59,517 bases of DNA from Candidatus Woesearchaeota archaeon (GTDB lineage: Archaea; Nanobdellota; Nanobdellia; SCGC-AAA011-G17; CAYFGV01): contig CAYFGV010000001.1 of NCBI GenBank assembly GCA_964342845.1, forward strand, positions 1 to 59,517, written 5' to 3'. Below, piece after piece: positions 17,480 to 26,377 of the stretch. The notes beneath the pieces were generated by a model. It saw only the letters and a list, made by a program, of their open reading frames with translations, ran no database searches and was not told the DNA's origin. Numbering within the stretch: position 1 is the stretch's first letter; every line of letters begins with the position of its first letter. Made by a program: the position numbers and the translations under genes.

Positions 17480-17893
17480 ATGAACTTAGAAAATATAAAA
17501 AATATCCAAACTCTAATAAACTATTGTAGAGAAAACAACTGGCAAGATTTCGAAAAATTAACATCTTTTATTTTAGAAGAAAATGATTTTAAAGCAAAAC
17601 ACAACATAGTAAAAACATTAAAGAAAACTAAAAGACAATATGACGTCATAGCAGAATCTTCTAATAAAATAATATTAATTGACTGCAAAAAATGGTCAAA
17701 TAACAGATATAAATCTTCAGCTTTAAAAACAGCAATTAAAAAACACATAGAAAGAGCAGAATTCTACAAAAACTTCACAAATAAAGAAATTCTGCCTATA
17801 ATAGTAACTCAACACCAAGAAGATATAACTTCTCACGAAAATATACCAATTATCCCTATAACAAAATTAAATTGGTTTTTGAATGAACTTTAA
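17480..17893 (+). CDS. PD-(D/E)xK nuclease, Mrr-cat/restriction-endonuclease-like
   Basis: WQDFEKLTSFILEE...YDVIAESSNKIILIDCKKW matches the Mrr_cat pattern (FE..., D, (D/E)xK). Own TATA TTTAAAT at 17451-17457, 23 nt upstream. Confidence 0.55.
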   Translation: MNLENIKNIQTLINYCRENNWQDFEKLTSFILEENDFKAKHNIVKTLKKTKRQYDVIAESSNKIILIDCKKWSNNRYKSSALKTAIKKHIERAEFYKNFTNKEILPIIVTQHQEDITSHENIPIIPITKLNWFLNEL

Positions 17894-18660
17894 ACTCTAA
17901 AATATTCCAAAGCCTCTTCAACAGTTCCAACTTCTATAACTTCTAAATCAGCTTCAGATGATAAATCAACAACCACAGGATACTGCTCAACAGTACAAAA
18001 ATCAAAACCACCAATAAGCTCACAATATTCTCTTGTTTCATAAATAACATCTTGACTCTGCAATAAAGGAACTAAGAATACTTCAGCACCAATATCTTTA
18101 GCAGCAGTAGCCTTCTCTAAGATTCCAGAAACAGGACTTATAGTTCCATCATGATTTATTCCGCCTGTGATCATAACATGATCATTTATTTCAAAACCTT
18201 CTAAAGCAGCAACAGTTGCAATAGTAATAGCTGCTCCAGCACTAGGCCCTCCAATAACTGCAGCATCTGCATTTATTTCATAAATCAAATTATAATCAGA
18301 ATCATCTATACCAGTAATATTAGCAGCAACATTTCTAGCAGTTCTTATACTGCTCTGAGTATCTGTCCAAAACAATAAAGTATCAATATCAACTAAAGCC
18401 CTACCTATCCCTTCAGTAACACCAATTGATAAAATAGTTGCAACACCTTTCCCAGCGTCATCAACAGCAGGTATCACAATTTCAGCAGAACTTATCAAAT
18501 CATAATTCTCAACTTGAACAACAGTTTCAACAACAGGCTCAACATCCATAGAACTACCAATTAAATAACCTAAACCCAATAAACCAGCTCCAAAAACCAC
18601 ACCTATTAAAACATATACAAAACTAAAATCTTTTTTAGACCTCTTCTTTTTTCTTGCCAT
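17890..18660 (-). CDS. membrane-anchored Lon-type (S16) serine protease domain protein
   Basis: N-terminal TM followed by a Lon proteolytic domain with the catalytic-Ser motif IGGPSAGAAITIA. TTTATAAA at 18683-18690, 23 nt upstream. Confidence 0.8.
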   Translation of the reverse strand: MARKKKRSKKDFSFVYVLIGVVFGAGLLGLGYLIGSSMDVEPVVETVVQVENYDLISSAEIVIPAVDDAGKGVATILSIGVTEGIGRALVDIDTLLFWTDTQSSIRTARNVAANITGIDDSDYNLIYEINADAAVIGGPSAGAAITIATVAALEGFEINDHVMITGGINHDGTISPVSGILEKATAAKDIGAEVFLVPLLQSQDVIYETREYCELIGGFDFCTVEQYPVVVDLSSEADLEVIEVGTVEEALEYFRV

Positions 18661-18701
18661 TAACTATATTTTAAAAACAGTTTTTATAAACTTTACTAAT
18701 T

Positions 18702-19028
18702 CTAAACTGGAACTTTAATCTCAACTTCTTTCAATCCAGCCTCTGCCTCTTGCTTTAAACAAACATTATACAAATCAATTAATTTCTTCACTTTCAAATC
18801 TTCAATATTTAATTTGTAGAGCATAGCCTTTCCAATAGTTCTATCATACTCTATTAACCTATTTCCTATCATTTCTTTCCAAACCTTAATTACAGTAACT
18901 TTAGAAACCTTACTATTTCTTATAACATCTGATTGATGCACAGGCAACTCTCTAGAAGTTATTAAATACTCTAATACTCTGGCAGTACTACAACCACCTA
19001 AAGTCCTCACAAATATCGAAATTTCCAT
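18702..19028 (-). CDS. winged-helix DNA-binding protein (third paralog of 6458/6766 family)
   Basis: Aligns with the 6.4-7.1 kb paralogs (RVLEYLITSRELPVHQSDVIRNSKVSKVTVIKVW...GKAMLYKLN). The ATG at 19028 gives the paralog-like length and has TTTATATA 25 nt upstream; the track start is 19079. Confidence 0.6.
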   Translation of the reverse strand: MEISIFVRTLGGCSTARVLEYLITSRELPVHQSDVIRNSKVSKVTVIKVWKEMIGNRLIEYDRTIGKAMLYKLNIEDLKVKKLIDLYNVCLKQEAEAGLKEVEIKVPV

Positions 19029-19132
19029 CTTAATAATAGATAAACATGCTAATATATAAACGTTTCTATTCTTTACCATAAAGTATACTTTTTATACTAA
19101 ATATTTAAATAATTCAAAAAACAAAATAATTT

Positions 19133-19399
19133 ATAAAGAATCTAATCAAAAAACAGATATTAAGATCTTTAATTTTATCTAGGACTTGGGGCGGAAAACA
19201 CACAGAAATTAAAAATTTAAGAAAAGGAATTTCAACTTATCTATTAAACACAAAACCTGGAAAAAAAGATTTTAAAAATGCCATTAAAGAACTAATTAAT
19301 GATAGCTGGCTATTAGCTAAGAAATCAACTGGAGAGATCCATGTTTCTTTAAATCCAAGAAAAAAACAAGAAATTATAGAATTTGCCATAGAAACTTAA
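19133..19399 (+). CDS. paralog of 6054-6356 small protein lacking ATG/GTG/TTG start (ATA start or recent pseudogene)
   Basis: Open frame 19130-19399 reads FIKNLIKKQILRSLILSRTWGGKHTEIK...STGEIHVSLNPRKKQEIIEFAIET. TTTAAATA at 19104-19111 lies 22 nt upstream of the ATA codon at 19133. Confidence 0.45.
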   Translation: MKNLIKKQILRSLILSRTWGGKHTEIKNLRKGISTYLLNTKPGKKDFKNAIKELINDSWLLAKKSTGEIHVSLNPRKKQEIIEFAIET

Positions 19400-19449
19400 A
19401 TCTTCAAAACCTTTAAAAAGAACTATTCTTTCCCTTTTTTAAGATAAAA

Positions 19450-20031
19450 ATGTTATTTAGAGACACAGAACCCAAAAAAGAACTACGTGAAACATATAAT
19501 AAAAGAATTTCAAGAGGAAAAAAGATTAGTAATATTCTTGTTTTTGCAAGTTTATCTGCATCAGCATATTTTGGATTATTTGATACAGATAGAGTAGAAC
19601 AAAGATTATCTCCTGAAGCAAACCTTTATCTCTCATTAAGGAATTCACAAATTTTCGAATCTTCAACACAACTAATGAATAAACTACATGGAGCATACTT
19701 AAGCTTAGATAATATCGTAATAGAAGTGGATCCTGTTACTTCTGATTCTACTGCTTATCAAACAAAAAAGTCTTTAAGAGGAAACATATCTAGATCAGTG
19801 AGCGAATTAGGAATATCTGCTTCTGGGCTAACAATGCATTCAGAAAAATTAAGAGAATTAGTTAAAGAAGAGATTAATGAGTACGATGCTAGAAAAAGTA
19901 GAAACTCTACTATAACTATTTTATCTTTAATTCTAGCAGCTCTTTCTTATAAGGTAGCTCCTACTATAACAGAAATATATGCAGAACGGAAAAGAGAAAA
20001 AGACACAATCAAATTAATCCCAAGGACATAA
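19450..20031 (+). CDS. hypothetical membrane protein
   Basis: 193-aa ORF with two hydrophobic segments, one near each terminus. Confidence 0.45.
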   Translation: MLFRDTEPKKELRETYNKRISRGKKISNILVFASLSASAYFGLFDTDRVEQRLSPEANLYLSLRNSQIFESSTQLMNKLHGAYLSLDNIVIEVDPVTSDSTAYQTKKSLRGNISRSVSELGISASGLTMHSEKLRELVKEEINEYDARKSRNSTITILSLILAALSYKVAPTITEIYAERKREKDTIKLIPRT

Positions 20032-20043
20032 AAACTAATCCTC

Positions 20044-21441
20044 TTACTTCTCCATCATCTTTCTTAAGGCAGGATGCATATCCATCATATGCTGTTGAGC
20101 TACTTCTTCATACAACTTATACACAATCATAACAGTCAATAATATACCAGTCCCATTAGCCAAAGCACCTGTTAAATCTGCTAAAGCAGCTAAGAATCCA
20201 ACAGCTAAAGCACCCATAATAGTTAAAGGACCAATATATCTTTTCAAAATTCTCTCAAGTACTCTTTCATCTCTTCTAAAACCAGGAATTTGCAAACCAG
20301 AACTCATAATTTGTTTAGCCTGACTCTTAGCATCCATACCAGCAGTCTGTACCCAAAAAACACTAAAAAGAGTAGCACCAGCCATCATAAATAAAGCATA
20401 TACTGAAGCTCTCAAAATAATTGAAAAAGTAAATTGATTATTAACTATAACAGAAACAAGATTCGGAGGATAAACCCACATTACAAAACCCGATATAGGA
20501 ACACTTCCTGAAAAAGTTCCAAGTAAAGGATGACCCCAATTTTCTAATAATCTAGCCCAAAGTTGTACATTAGCTAACAAAGCAGCAACTAAAATAACAG
20601 GGATGTTTGAAGTATAAATAAATCTTAAAGGCCATCTCATTCCATAACCACGAACCCTTCCAAATGACAAAGGAATTTCTACTTTCATAGCCTGTGCATA
20701 AACAGATATAGCAAATACAGCCACAGTAAAGAATATCGCAAAAAATGCTAAAGATGCAGTCTGTAAATCTTGTCCTAATACAGAAGAAATAAATACCCAA
20801 ACTTGTCCAACAGGAGCCAAACCAGTTCCCCAAGCAATACTACCTGCTTGAGTCAAAGGACTAAACGCTCTAACAAAAATCTGAGATGAAACACCTGCAG
20901 CAATAAATAATGAAACACCAGAACCAAAACCCCATTTACTAACAACTTCATCCATAAATAAAACCATCAAACCACCTAAAAACAACTGAAAAATCAACAA
21001 AAATTGTAAAGTACCATAATTATGTAAACCAGCCTCTGGACTTAAACCACCCATCATAACATACACAATAGCTTCAAAAATTATAAAGAAAATAGCCAAA
21101 ATCTTTTGCAATCCCTGAAAAAAACTTTTACCATCTGGAGTACTTAAATCTATATTTAATAATCCAGACCCAGTCAGCAACTGTAATACAATAGAGGAAG
21201 TTACAATAGGCCCAATACCTAAAGATAAAATTGAACCAAAACTTGCACCTAAGATAATAGATAACTGTTCAAAATTCTCTAAATTATTAACACTTAAACC
21301 ATACAAAGGAATAATACTTAAAACAAAAAAAGCAACTAAAATAATCAAAGTCCACTTTAATTTTTCTTTAAAACTTAATTTTTTCTGTGCAGGACCTTTA
21401 ACTTCTGGAAGATAGCCCATTAATTTTCTAAGTACTGACAT
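20044..21441 (-). CDS. secY: preprotein translocase subunit SecY
   Basis: 10-TM protein at the canonical position after L15. Archaeal SecY/Sec61alpha-like sequence. Confidence 0.95.
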   Translation of the reverse strand: MSVLRKLMGYLPEVKGPAQKKLSFKEKLKWTLIILVAFFVLSIIPLYGLSVNNLENFEQLSIILGASFGSILSLGIGPIVTSSIVLQLLTGSGLLNIDLSTPDGKSFFQGLQKILAIFFIIFEAIVYVMMGGLSPEAGLHNYGTLQFLLIFQLFLGGLMVLFMDEVVSKWGFGSGVSLFIAAGVSSQIFVRAFSPLTQAGSIAWGTGLAPVGQVWVFISSVLGQDLQTASLAFFAIFFTVAVFAISVYAQAMKVEIPLSFGRVRGYGMRWPLRFIYTSNIPVILVAALLANVQLWARLLENWGHPLLGTFSGSVPISGFVMWVYPPNLVSVIVNNQFTFSIILRASVYALFMMAGATLFSVFWVQTAGMDAKSQAKQIMSSGLQIPGFRRDERVLERILKRYIGPLTIMGALAVGFLAALADLTGALANGTGILLTVMIVYKLYEEVAQQHMMDMHPALRKMMEK

Positions 21442-21838
21442 TTACCTCTCCACCAGCATTTTTTATCTTTTCTTCTGCTGATTTAGAAACTTTAGAACAA
21501 TTAACTTTAAATTTTTTACTAACAGCACCTTTTCCTAATAATTTAAATTCTTTAATATCAACTAAATAAAAATCTCCTTCTTTCTTACCTAGATACTTAT
21601 CTAGCTCACATACATTAACTGTTTTATACTCATTAGCATTAGGTCTTTTAAACCCAAACTTACCAAAGTAATTCTTTCTAAACTTAAGAATATATCCTTT
21701 TTTATGATTAGCTCTTTTACCAGTACCAGCCATACCTCTTCCACCTCTATTACCTGCTCCTCTATGTTTTTTCTTAGCACCCCAACCATGGCTGCTTCCT
21801 CCTCTTAACCTAACATTCTTTTTTCTTTTAAATTTCAT
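21428..21838 (-). CDS. rpl15: 50S ribosomal protein L15 (uL15)
   Basis: RGGSSHGWGAKKKHRGAGNRGGRGMAGTGKR motif and its position in the cluster. Confidence 0.9.
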   Translation of the reverse strand: MKFKRKKNVRLRGGSSHGWGAKKKHRGAGNRGGRGMAGTGKRANHKKGYILKFRKNYFGKFGFKRPNANEYKTVNVCELDKYLGKKEGDFYLVDIKEFKLLGKGAVSKKFKVNCSKVSKSAEEKIKNAGGEVNVST

Positions 21839-21936
21839 TTAACATAATCCTCAGATACTTTTTCAAGATAAAAATAAGATAACAAATGATGACAATCAAC
21901 AAGACTATCCTTTAGTGTAACTACTTTATATTCCAT
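21835..21936 (-). CDS. candidate 33-codon micro-ORF between L30 and L15
   Basis: ATG lies 2 nt after the L30 stop. Its TGA overlaps the L15 ATG as ATGA. Hand translation: MEYKVVTLKDSLVDCHHLLSYFYLEKVSEDYVK. Confidence 0.25.
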   Translation of the reverse strand: MEYKVVTLKDSLVDCHHLLSYFYLEKVSEDYVK

Positions 21937-21938
21937 TT

Positions 21939-22409
21939 TTATACCATCTTCCTTATCAATTTATTAATGCCATCTTTTCTATAACCTAAAGCACCGCCAC
22001 TAGCATAAACAATTTTAATACCTTTTCTTTCAAAACCACCAACAGGAGGGTTCAATCTAAAAAACTTTTTCAAACCAGGAACATCTTTTAAATTCTTCTT
22101 ACCTTCAAAAACAGCTGAAGTAAACTCATCAAATCCTAATTTAACATGTTCTTTTAAATATTTCTCATCTAATTTGGATTTTCCAGGTAATAAACCTCTT
22201 TTCTCTAACAACAGTTTAAAAGTTTCTTTATCCAACTCACCCCAAGTAACATAATCTTTAACTTTAGTCAACATACCAATAAGTTCTTTTTTAGCATCCA
22301 TAATCACACAAGTATTTTTTCTATACAACCTAAGCATAGCTAGTGTATCCTTAATACCTTTTCTAATCTTGGTATCTCCTCTAACTCTCACTATTGCTAT
22401 CTTTTCCAT
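21939..22409 (-). CDS. rpl30: 50S ribosomal protein L30 (uL30)
   Basis: IAIVRVRGDTKIRKGIKDTLAMLRLYRKNTCV, typical of archaeal L30/L7e. Confidence 0.9.
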   Translation of the reverse strand: MEKIAIVRVRGDTKIRKGIKDTLAMLRLYRKNTCVIMDAKKELIGMLTKVKDYVTWGELDKETFKLLLEKRGLLPGKSKLDEKYLKEHVKLGFDEFTSAVFEGKKNLKDVPGLKKFFRLNPPVGGFERKGIKIVYASGGALGYRKDGINKLIRKMV

Positions 22410-23100
22410 TTTCTATCATTCCCTCAACTAATCCACTTTTTTTTGCATATTCTTCAGTAACTTTTATTTTTTCAAGTTGCCCCAGTGCATAAAAACATGC
22501 CTTAAACAAATTAAGTTTAGTCTTGCTTTTATAAGTTTTCGAATAAATATCTTTAATACCTGCAGCTTTCAAAATCTTTTTCAACTCATCTTCTACACAT
22601 AAACCAGTTCCTTTAGGAGCAGGAATCAATTCAACAATCGAACTACCACATTTACCAGAAACTTTAAACGGAATAGAATGTGTTTCAGCACAACCACAAG
22701 CCCAATCTCCACAACCTCTAACAATTTTAATTATACTTAGCTTAGATTTACGAATAGCTTTTTCTCTTGCAGGAACAGTCTCTTTACTTTTTCCAAAACC
22801 AATTCCAACATAACCATCTTTATTTCCAGAAACAGCAGCTGTAGCAAACTTCGGTTTATTTCCTTCTTTTGTCTTTTTCTGAGTCTGTCTCCAAATACTG
22901 CTCTTTCCCCCACCAAACTTTCCTTTAGATTGTCCAACAGAAACTAATTCAGTCTCTAATCCAGGAATTAAAACTTCTACAATTTCAGACTCTAATATTC
23001 TTATACCTTTGTTTAATACCTCGCTAATATCAGTAATCTCTTTAGCTAAAACTTGTTTACCTAAAAGAGTTCTAGGCTTCCAATTTATTTCTTCAGTCAT
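22381..23100 (-). CDS. rps5: 30S ribosomal protein S5 (uS5)
   Basis: S5 dsRBD and C-terminal domain motifs, plus cluster position. Confidence 0.95.
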   Translation of the reverse strand: MTEEINWKPRTLLGKQVLAKEITDISEVLNKGIRILESEIVEVLIPGLETELVSVGQSKGKFGGGKSSIWRQTQKKTKEGNKPKFATAAVSGNKDGYVGIGFGKSKETVPAREKAIRKSKLSIIKIVRGCGDWACGCAETHSIPFKVSGKCGSSIVELIPAPKGTGLCVEDELKKILKAAGIKDIYSKTYKSKTKLNLFKACFYALGQLEKIKVTEEYAKKSGLVEGMIENGKDSNSES

Positions 23101-23624
23101 TTTATCTTATCCCTCACTGTTTCAAAATCCTTTACCATACCTATAGGGGGAGTTTTGTATTGTTTTTTAATCTTTTCATAATTTTTTTCAATAACATTTC
23201 CTTTAATAATATCTTCTTTAGGGAAAACACCCTCTGAACAAGGAACATTTAATCCACCATCAACAACCCCTTTAATAGCAGCAAATAACCTTGAACCTTT
23301 AGTAGCAACACTTAAACCTAAGTCAACAACAACTTCTTTAACTTTAGCTTTTTTACCTAACATATATCCAGTTAAATAAGCACTTGGAATATTACCTGTA
23401 TGATGTTTCCACCCTAGTTTTTTTAATCCAGATGAATGAGCAGTAGAAACAACTTTGTCACCAGTTGGATGAAACTCAACAACTTGTAATAAAATATTAT
23501 TCAAGCTACCTCTAACAACTAACCTAGGCTTCCCAGAACTTAAATAGCCTTTCCTTTTACTATAATCGGTTTTACTCAACCTTTTTCTCTTATACCTTAC
23601 AGTGTAATTTTTATTTTTTGCCAT
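23097..23624 (-). CDS. rpl18: 50S ribosomal protein L18 (uL18)
   Basis: Archaeal L18/L5e-like sequence. ATG at 23624; the track start at 23633 is TTG. Confidence 0.9.
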   Translation of the reverse strand: MAKNKNYTVRYKRKRLSKTDYSKRKGYLSSGKPRLVVRGSLNNILLQVVEFHPTGDKVVSTAHSSGLKKLGWKHHTGNIPSAYLTGYMLGKKAKVKEVVVDLGLSVATKGSRLFAAIKGVVDGGLNVPCSEGVFPKEDIIKGNVIEKNYEKIKKQYKTPPIGMVKDFETVRDKIK

Positions 23625-24072
23625 CTTTCTCAATTAAATTATATTCTTTTACATAAACCTGAATATGTCTCTTGCTTCTAAAAAATCCTGATTTTGATAA
23701 AACATATAATCTTCTATAGTTTTTAGCATTAATTAATTTTTTATCTTTCAACATCTTAATAAATTCTCTTTGAAGTCTAATCTTTATCATCCAAGCCTTT
23801 TTATTTCCTAATCTTGCTGTTTTTTTCCCTTTCCTTGAACCAGCACCAGTTCTTCTTCCTTTTCTTTTCTGAACTAGATTCTTATTTGCTCTTACTCTTG
23901 AAACACCTTTTTCTTGTTTTTCAACAATAGCTTTATCTTTAACCAATGATCTTATATCAGACGAAGTAATAGCTTCTTTTATCTCCTCTAATCTACTTGA
24001 ATCAAACTTTACTCTTTTAACTCCCACATTCATTAATCTAGAAGCCAACCTTTTTTTCAAATCTAATTTCAT
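23611..24072 (-). CDS. rpl19e: 50S ribosomal protein L19e
   Basis: LKKRLASRLMNVGVKRVKFD...GVSRVRA, typical of L19e. Confidence 0.9.
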   Translation of the reverse strand: MKLDLKKRLASRLMNVGVKRVKFDSSRLEEIKEAITSSDIRSLVKDKAIVEKQEKGVSRVRANKNLVQKRKGRRTGAGSRKGKKTARLGNKKAWMIKIRLQREFIKMLKDKKLINAKNYRRLYVLSKSGFFRSKRHIQVYVKEYNLIEKDGKK

Positions 24073-24704
24073 TGTTTAGCTCCAGGCACACTACTAGCCA
24101 TATGACCTGCCTTTTGTCTTGTTGTATCTTGTTTTTTAAGATCTTGTTTAGGAACATCCTTTCTTTCTACTTTTGAATCTAAAACTTCTTTTTTAATATC
24201 TCCTTCTTTCTTTTCATCCTTCTTTTCTTCTGCTTTTTTCAACAATTTAGCCTTCTCTTTCTTCTTCTTTTCTTTTCTAGCTACACCTTCTTTTTTCTTC
24301 TTAGCTAATTTATCTTTAACATCATTCAAAAACTTACCAGCATTTTTCAAATTAACAATTTCAATTTTATTTTTAACACATTCATTTACAATTTTAACTT
24401 TAGTTCTCATACCAACACTAGAGCTTATTTTCGCTACACAACCATCAACAACACTTCCCAAATCATTAACATTAAAAATCAAAATTTCTTTTTTACCATC
24501 TCTGTTTAGACCTCTAACTTTGCAAGGAGATCTATAACCATCTTTTACACATTTCTGATGTCCTTTTTTCTTTAATCTTCTTTTATTATGTAGTCCACGA
24601 GGCTTAGCCCATTTTTTATTAAATTTATATTTATTAGAATCCGTCCTCTTAAAATCTGGCTTTTTCTTTTTTGCAATATTCCTTTGTTCTAATAATCTTT
24701 TCAT
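24069..24704 (-). CDS. rpl32e: 50S ribosomal protein L32e with long Lys/Glu-rich C-terminal extension
   Basis: L32e core (KPDFKRTDSNKYKFNKKWAKPRGLHNKRRLKKKGH...) followed by a low-complexity K/E tail of roughly 80 aa. Confidence 0.9.
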   Translation of the reverse strand: MKRLLEQRNIAKKKKPDFKRTDSNKYKFNKKWAKPRGLHNKRRLKKKGHQKCVKDGYRSPCKVRGLNRDGKKEILIFNVNDLGSVVDGCVAKISSSVGMRTKVKIVNECVKNKIEIVNLKNAGKFLNDVKDKLAKKKKEGVARKEKKKKEKAKLLKKAEEKKDEKKEGDIKKEVLDSKVERKDVPKQDLKKQDTTRQKAGHMASSVPGAKQ

Positions 24705-25237
24705 ACTTCTTTACCTGCTTTAACAGTTATATAACAACCATCTTGAAATTTTCTTCTATCTTTATTAGTAATCCTTGTTGATTGTTCAATATTTGCAGCT
24801 GTTTGTCCAGCAAATTCCTTATTTATAGAGTTTACTATAATCTCATCTCCTTTTATTTCAACTTTCACATCTTCCATTATCCTAGATTTCCTAGGAACCT
24901 TTTCTCCTAAGAAATTTTTAATAACTATATTATCGCCTTCTTTCGCAACAGTCATAGGAAAGTGTCCCGAACATATTTTCAATTTGTAAACAAACTCTTC
25001 ATTAACTCCTTTAAACATATTACCTATATGTTTAGAAAGTGTGCCAATTAAGCACTTTTCTTTTTTCGATATCTTTTCTGCATGAAAAGTTATTTTATTT
25101 TCCTTTTGCATAATTCTAACTCTTGGATGAAATAGTTTTCTTTTTATTTCTCCTTTAGGACCACTAACTATCGCATTCTGTCCTTCATGCTTAAAATTTA
25201 TACCTTCCGGAATATCCAAAACAACTTTTGATTGCAT
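24701..25237 (-). CDS. rpl6: 50S ribosomal protein L6 (uL6)
   Basis: Two-domain L6-like sequence and cluster position. Confidence 0.9.
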   Translation of the reverse strand: MQSKVVLDIPEGINFKHEGQNAIVSGPKGEIKRKLFHPRVRIMQKENKITFHAEKISKKEKCLIGTLSKHIGNMFKGVNEEFVYKLKICSGHFPMTVAKEGDNIVIKNFLGEKVPRKSRIMEDVKVEIKGDEIIVNSINKEFAGQTAANIEQSTRITNKDRRKFQDGCYITVKAGKEV

Positions 25238-25239
25238 TT

Positions 25240-25632
25240 TTAATAACAGTAAGCTAATAACTTTCCTCCTAATTTTTTATCTTTAGCTTCAATATGTGTC
25301 ATTATTCCTTTATTTGTTGAAACAATAATAACACCAAAATCTTTAGCTGGTAAAAACCTTTTTTCAAACTTCTCATAATCTTTTAGTTTAACAGAAAATC
25401 TTGGTTTTATAACACCACATTTGTTTATCATACCTGCCAAAGTAATCTTTGCTAAATTGTCTTTTGTAGTTTCTATAACTTCAATTTCTTTAATATAGCC
25501 TTTGCTTTTTAATATTTCTAAGATACTTAAAGAAACCTTAGATAGACTTCTAACTACACAATCTTCTCTACCTTTTTTCTCACAATTCAACATGTGAGAT
25601 AAAATATTTGCTAATGTATCGTTTAATGCCAT
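25240..25632 (-). CDS. rps8: 30S ribosomal protein S8 (uS8)
   Basis: LANILSHMLNCEKKG... and C-terminal GGKLLAYCY, typical of S8. Confidence 0.95.
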   Translation of the reverse strand: MALNDTLANILSHMLNCEKKGREDCVVRSLSKVSLSILEILKSKGYIKEIEVIETTKDNLAKITLAGMINKCGVIKPRFSVKLKDYEKFEKRFLPAKDFGVIIVSTNKGIMTHIEAKDKKLGGKLLAYCY

Positions 25633-25634
25633 TT

Positions 25635-25862
25635 TTAATTATATTTTTTGAATCCCAATTTTTTTGCTATTTCTCTAAAACATTGTCTGCATAAATGTAA
25701 TCCATACTTCTGTATGTGTGAACCATATTTTCCACACCTTTTACATCTTCTTGAACCAATCCCAAACTTCCTTTCTTGAGGTTTGTTATGCTTAATGTAT
25801 TTCTTTTTCTTATCTTCTATTTTCAATTGTTTAAACGCCTTTTCAAAATTTTTTGATGTCAT
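25635..25862 (-). CDS. rps14: 30S ribosomal protein S14 (uS14, zinc-binding type) with N-terminal extension
   Basis: [25 protein letters not shown] zinc ribbon. 75 aa. Confidence 0.9.
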   Translation of the reverse strand: MTSKNFEKAFKQLKIEDKKKKYIKHNKPQERKFGIGSRRCKRCGKYGSHIQKYGLHLCRQCFREIAKKLGFKKYN

Positions 25863-26377
25863 TCTTCTTCCTCTTCCTTAATTTTTATTTTAAAATTTGA
25901 TTTGAAATATTCTGCAGATTCTTCTCTTGTAATAAAATTTCTTTTAGACACTTTTGATTTAATTCTTCTTCTCTTTATTCTAAATCCAGGCCTCTCTACA
26001 GTTACAGCACACTCTAATCCAATAATCCCAATATCAGGATCATAATTAACTCCTGGAATGTCAATGTATTCAGCAATACCAAACGACAAATTTCCAAATT
26101 TGTCAAAGGAATTTAAACTAATTAATTTATCTTTAGCAGATAATAACCTAACTAAAAGCTCTTTAGCCTTCTCTCCTCTTAGAGTTACTTTACATCCAAT
26201 ATTCAATTTAGGTCTCAAACCCCAAGTAGGGATTCTTTTCATAGTCCTAGTTTGAACTGGTTTAGAACCTGAAATCAAGCCAAGCAATTTTGTAGCTTTC
26301 TCTAATTTATCTCCTGCTTGCCCAACTCCTATATTGAGTGTTAATTTCTCTACCCTTATTTGTTTCATCACATTCAT
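25859..26377 (-). CDS. rpl5: 50S ribosomal protein L5 (uL5)
   Basis: [13 protein letters not shown]... L5 signature and cluster position. Confidence 0.95.
   Translation of the reverse strand: MNVMKQIRVEKLTLNIGVGQAGDKLEKATKLLGLISGSKPVQTRTMKRIPTWGLRPKLNIGCKVTLRGEKAKELLVRLLSAKDKLISLNSFDKFGNLSFGIAEYIDIPGVNYDPDIGIIGLECAVTVERPGFRIKRRRIKSKVSKRNFITREESAEYFKSNFKIKIKEEEEE

Noticed and set aside
20570-20833. Same-strand alternative-frame ORF inside secY; similar cases at 21601-21789 in L15, 22737-22937 in S5 and 40728-40913 in trpS.
   Set aside because: These are embedded in highly conserved genes and are out of frame with them. They are typical chance ORFs.
24100-24300. Purine/pyrimidine-biased low-complexity DNA (also 28930-29100) that looks like a tandem repeat or array at first glance.
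   Set aside because: It has no regular period and no spacer structure. It is in-frame K/E-rich coding sequence for the L32e and S3 tails, not a CRISPR array or satellite.
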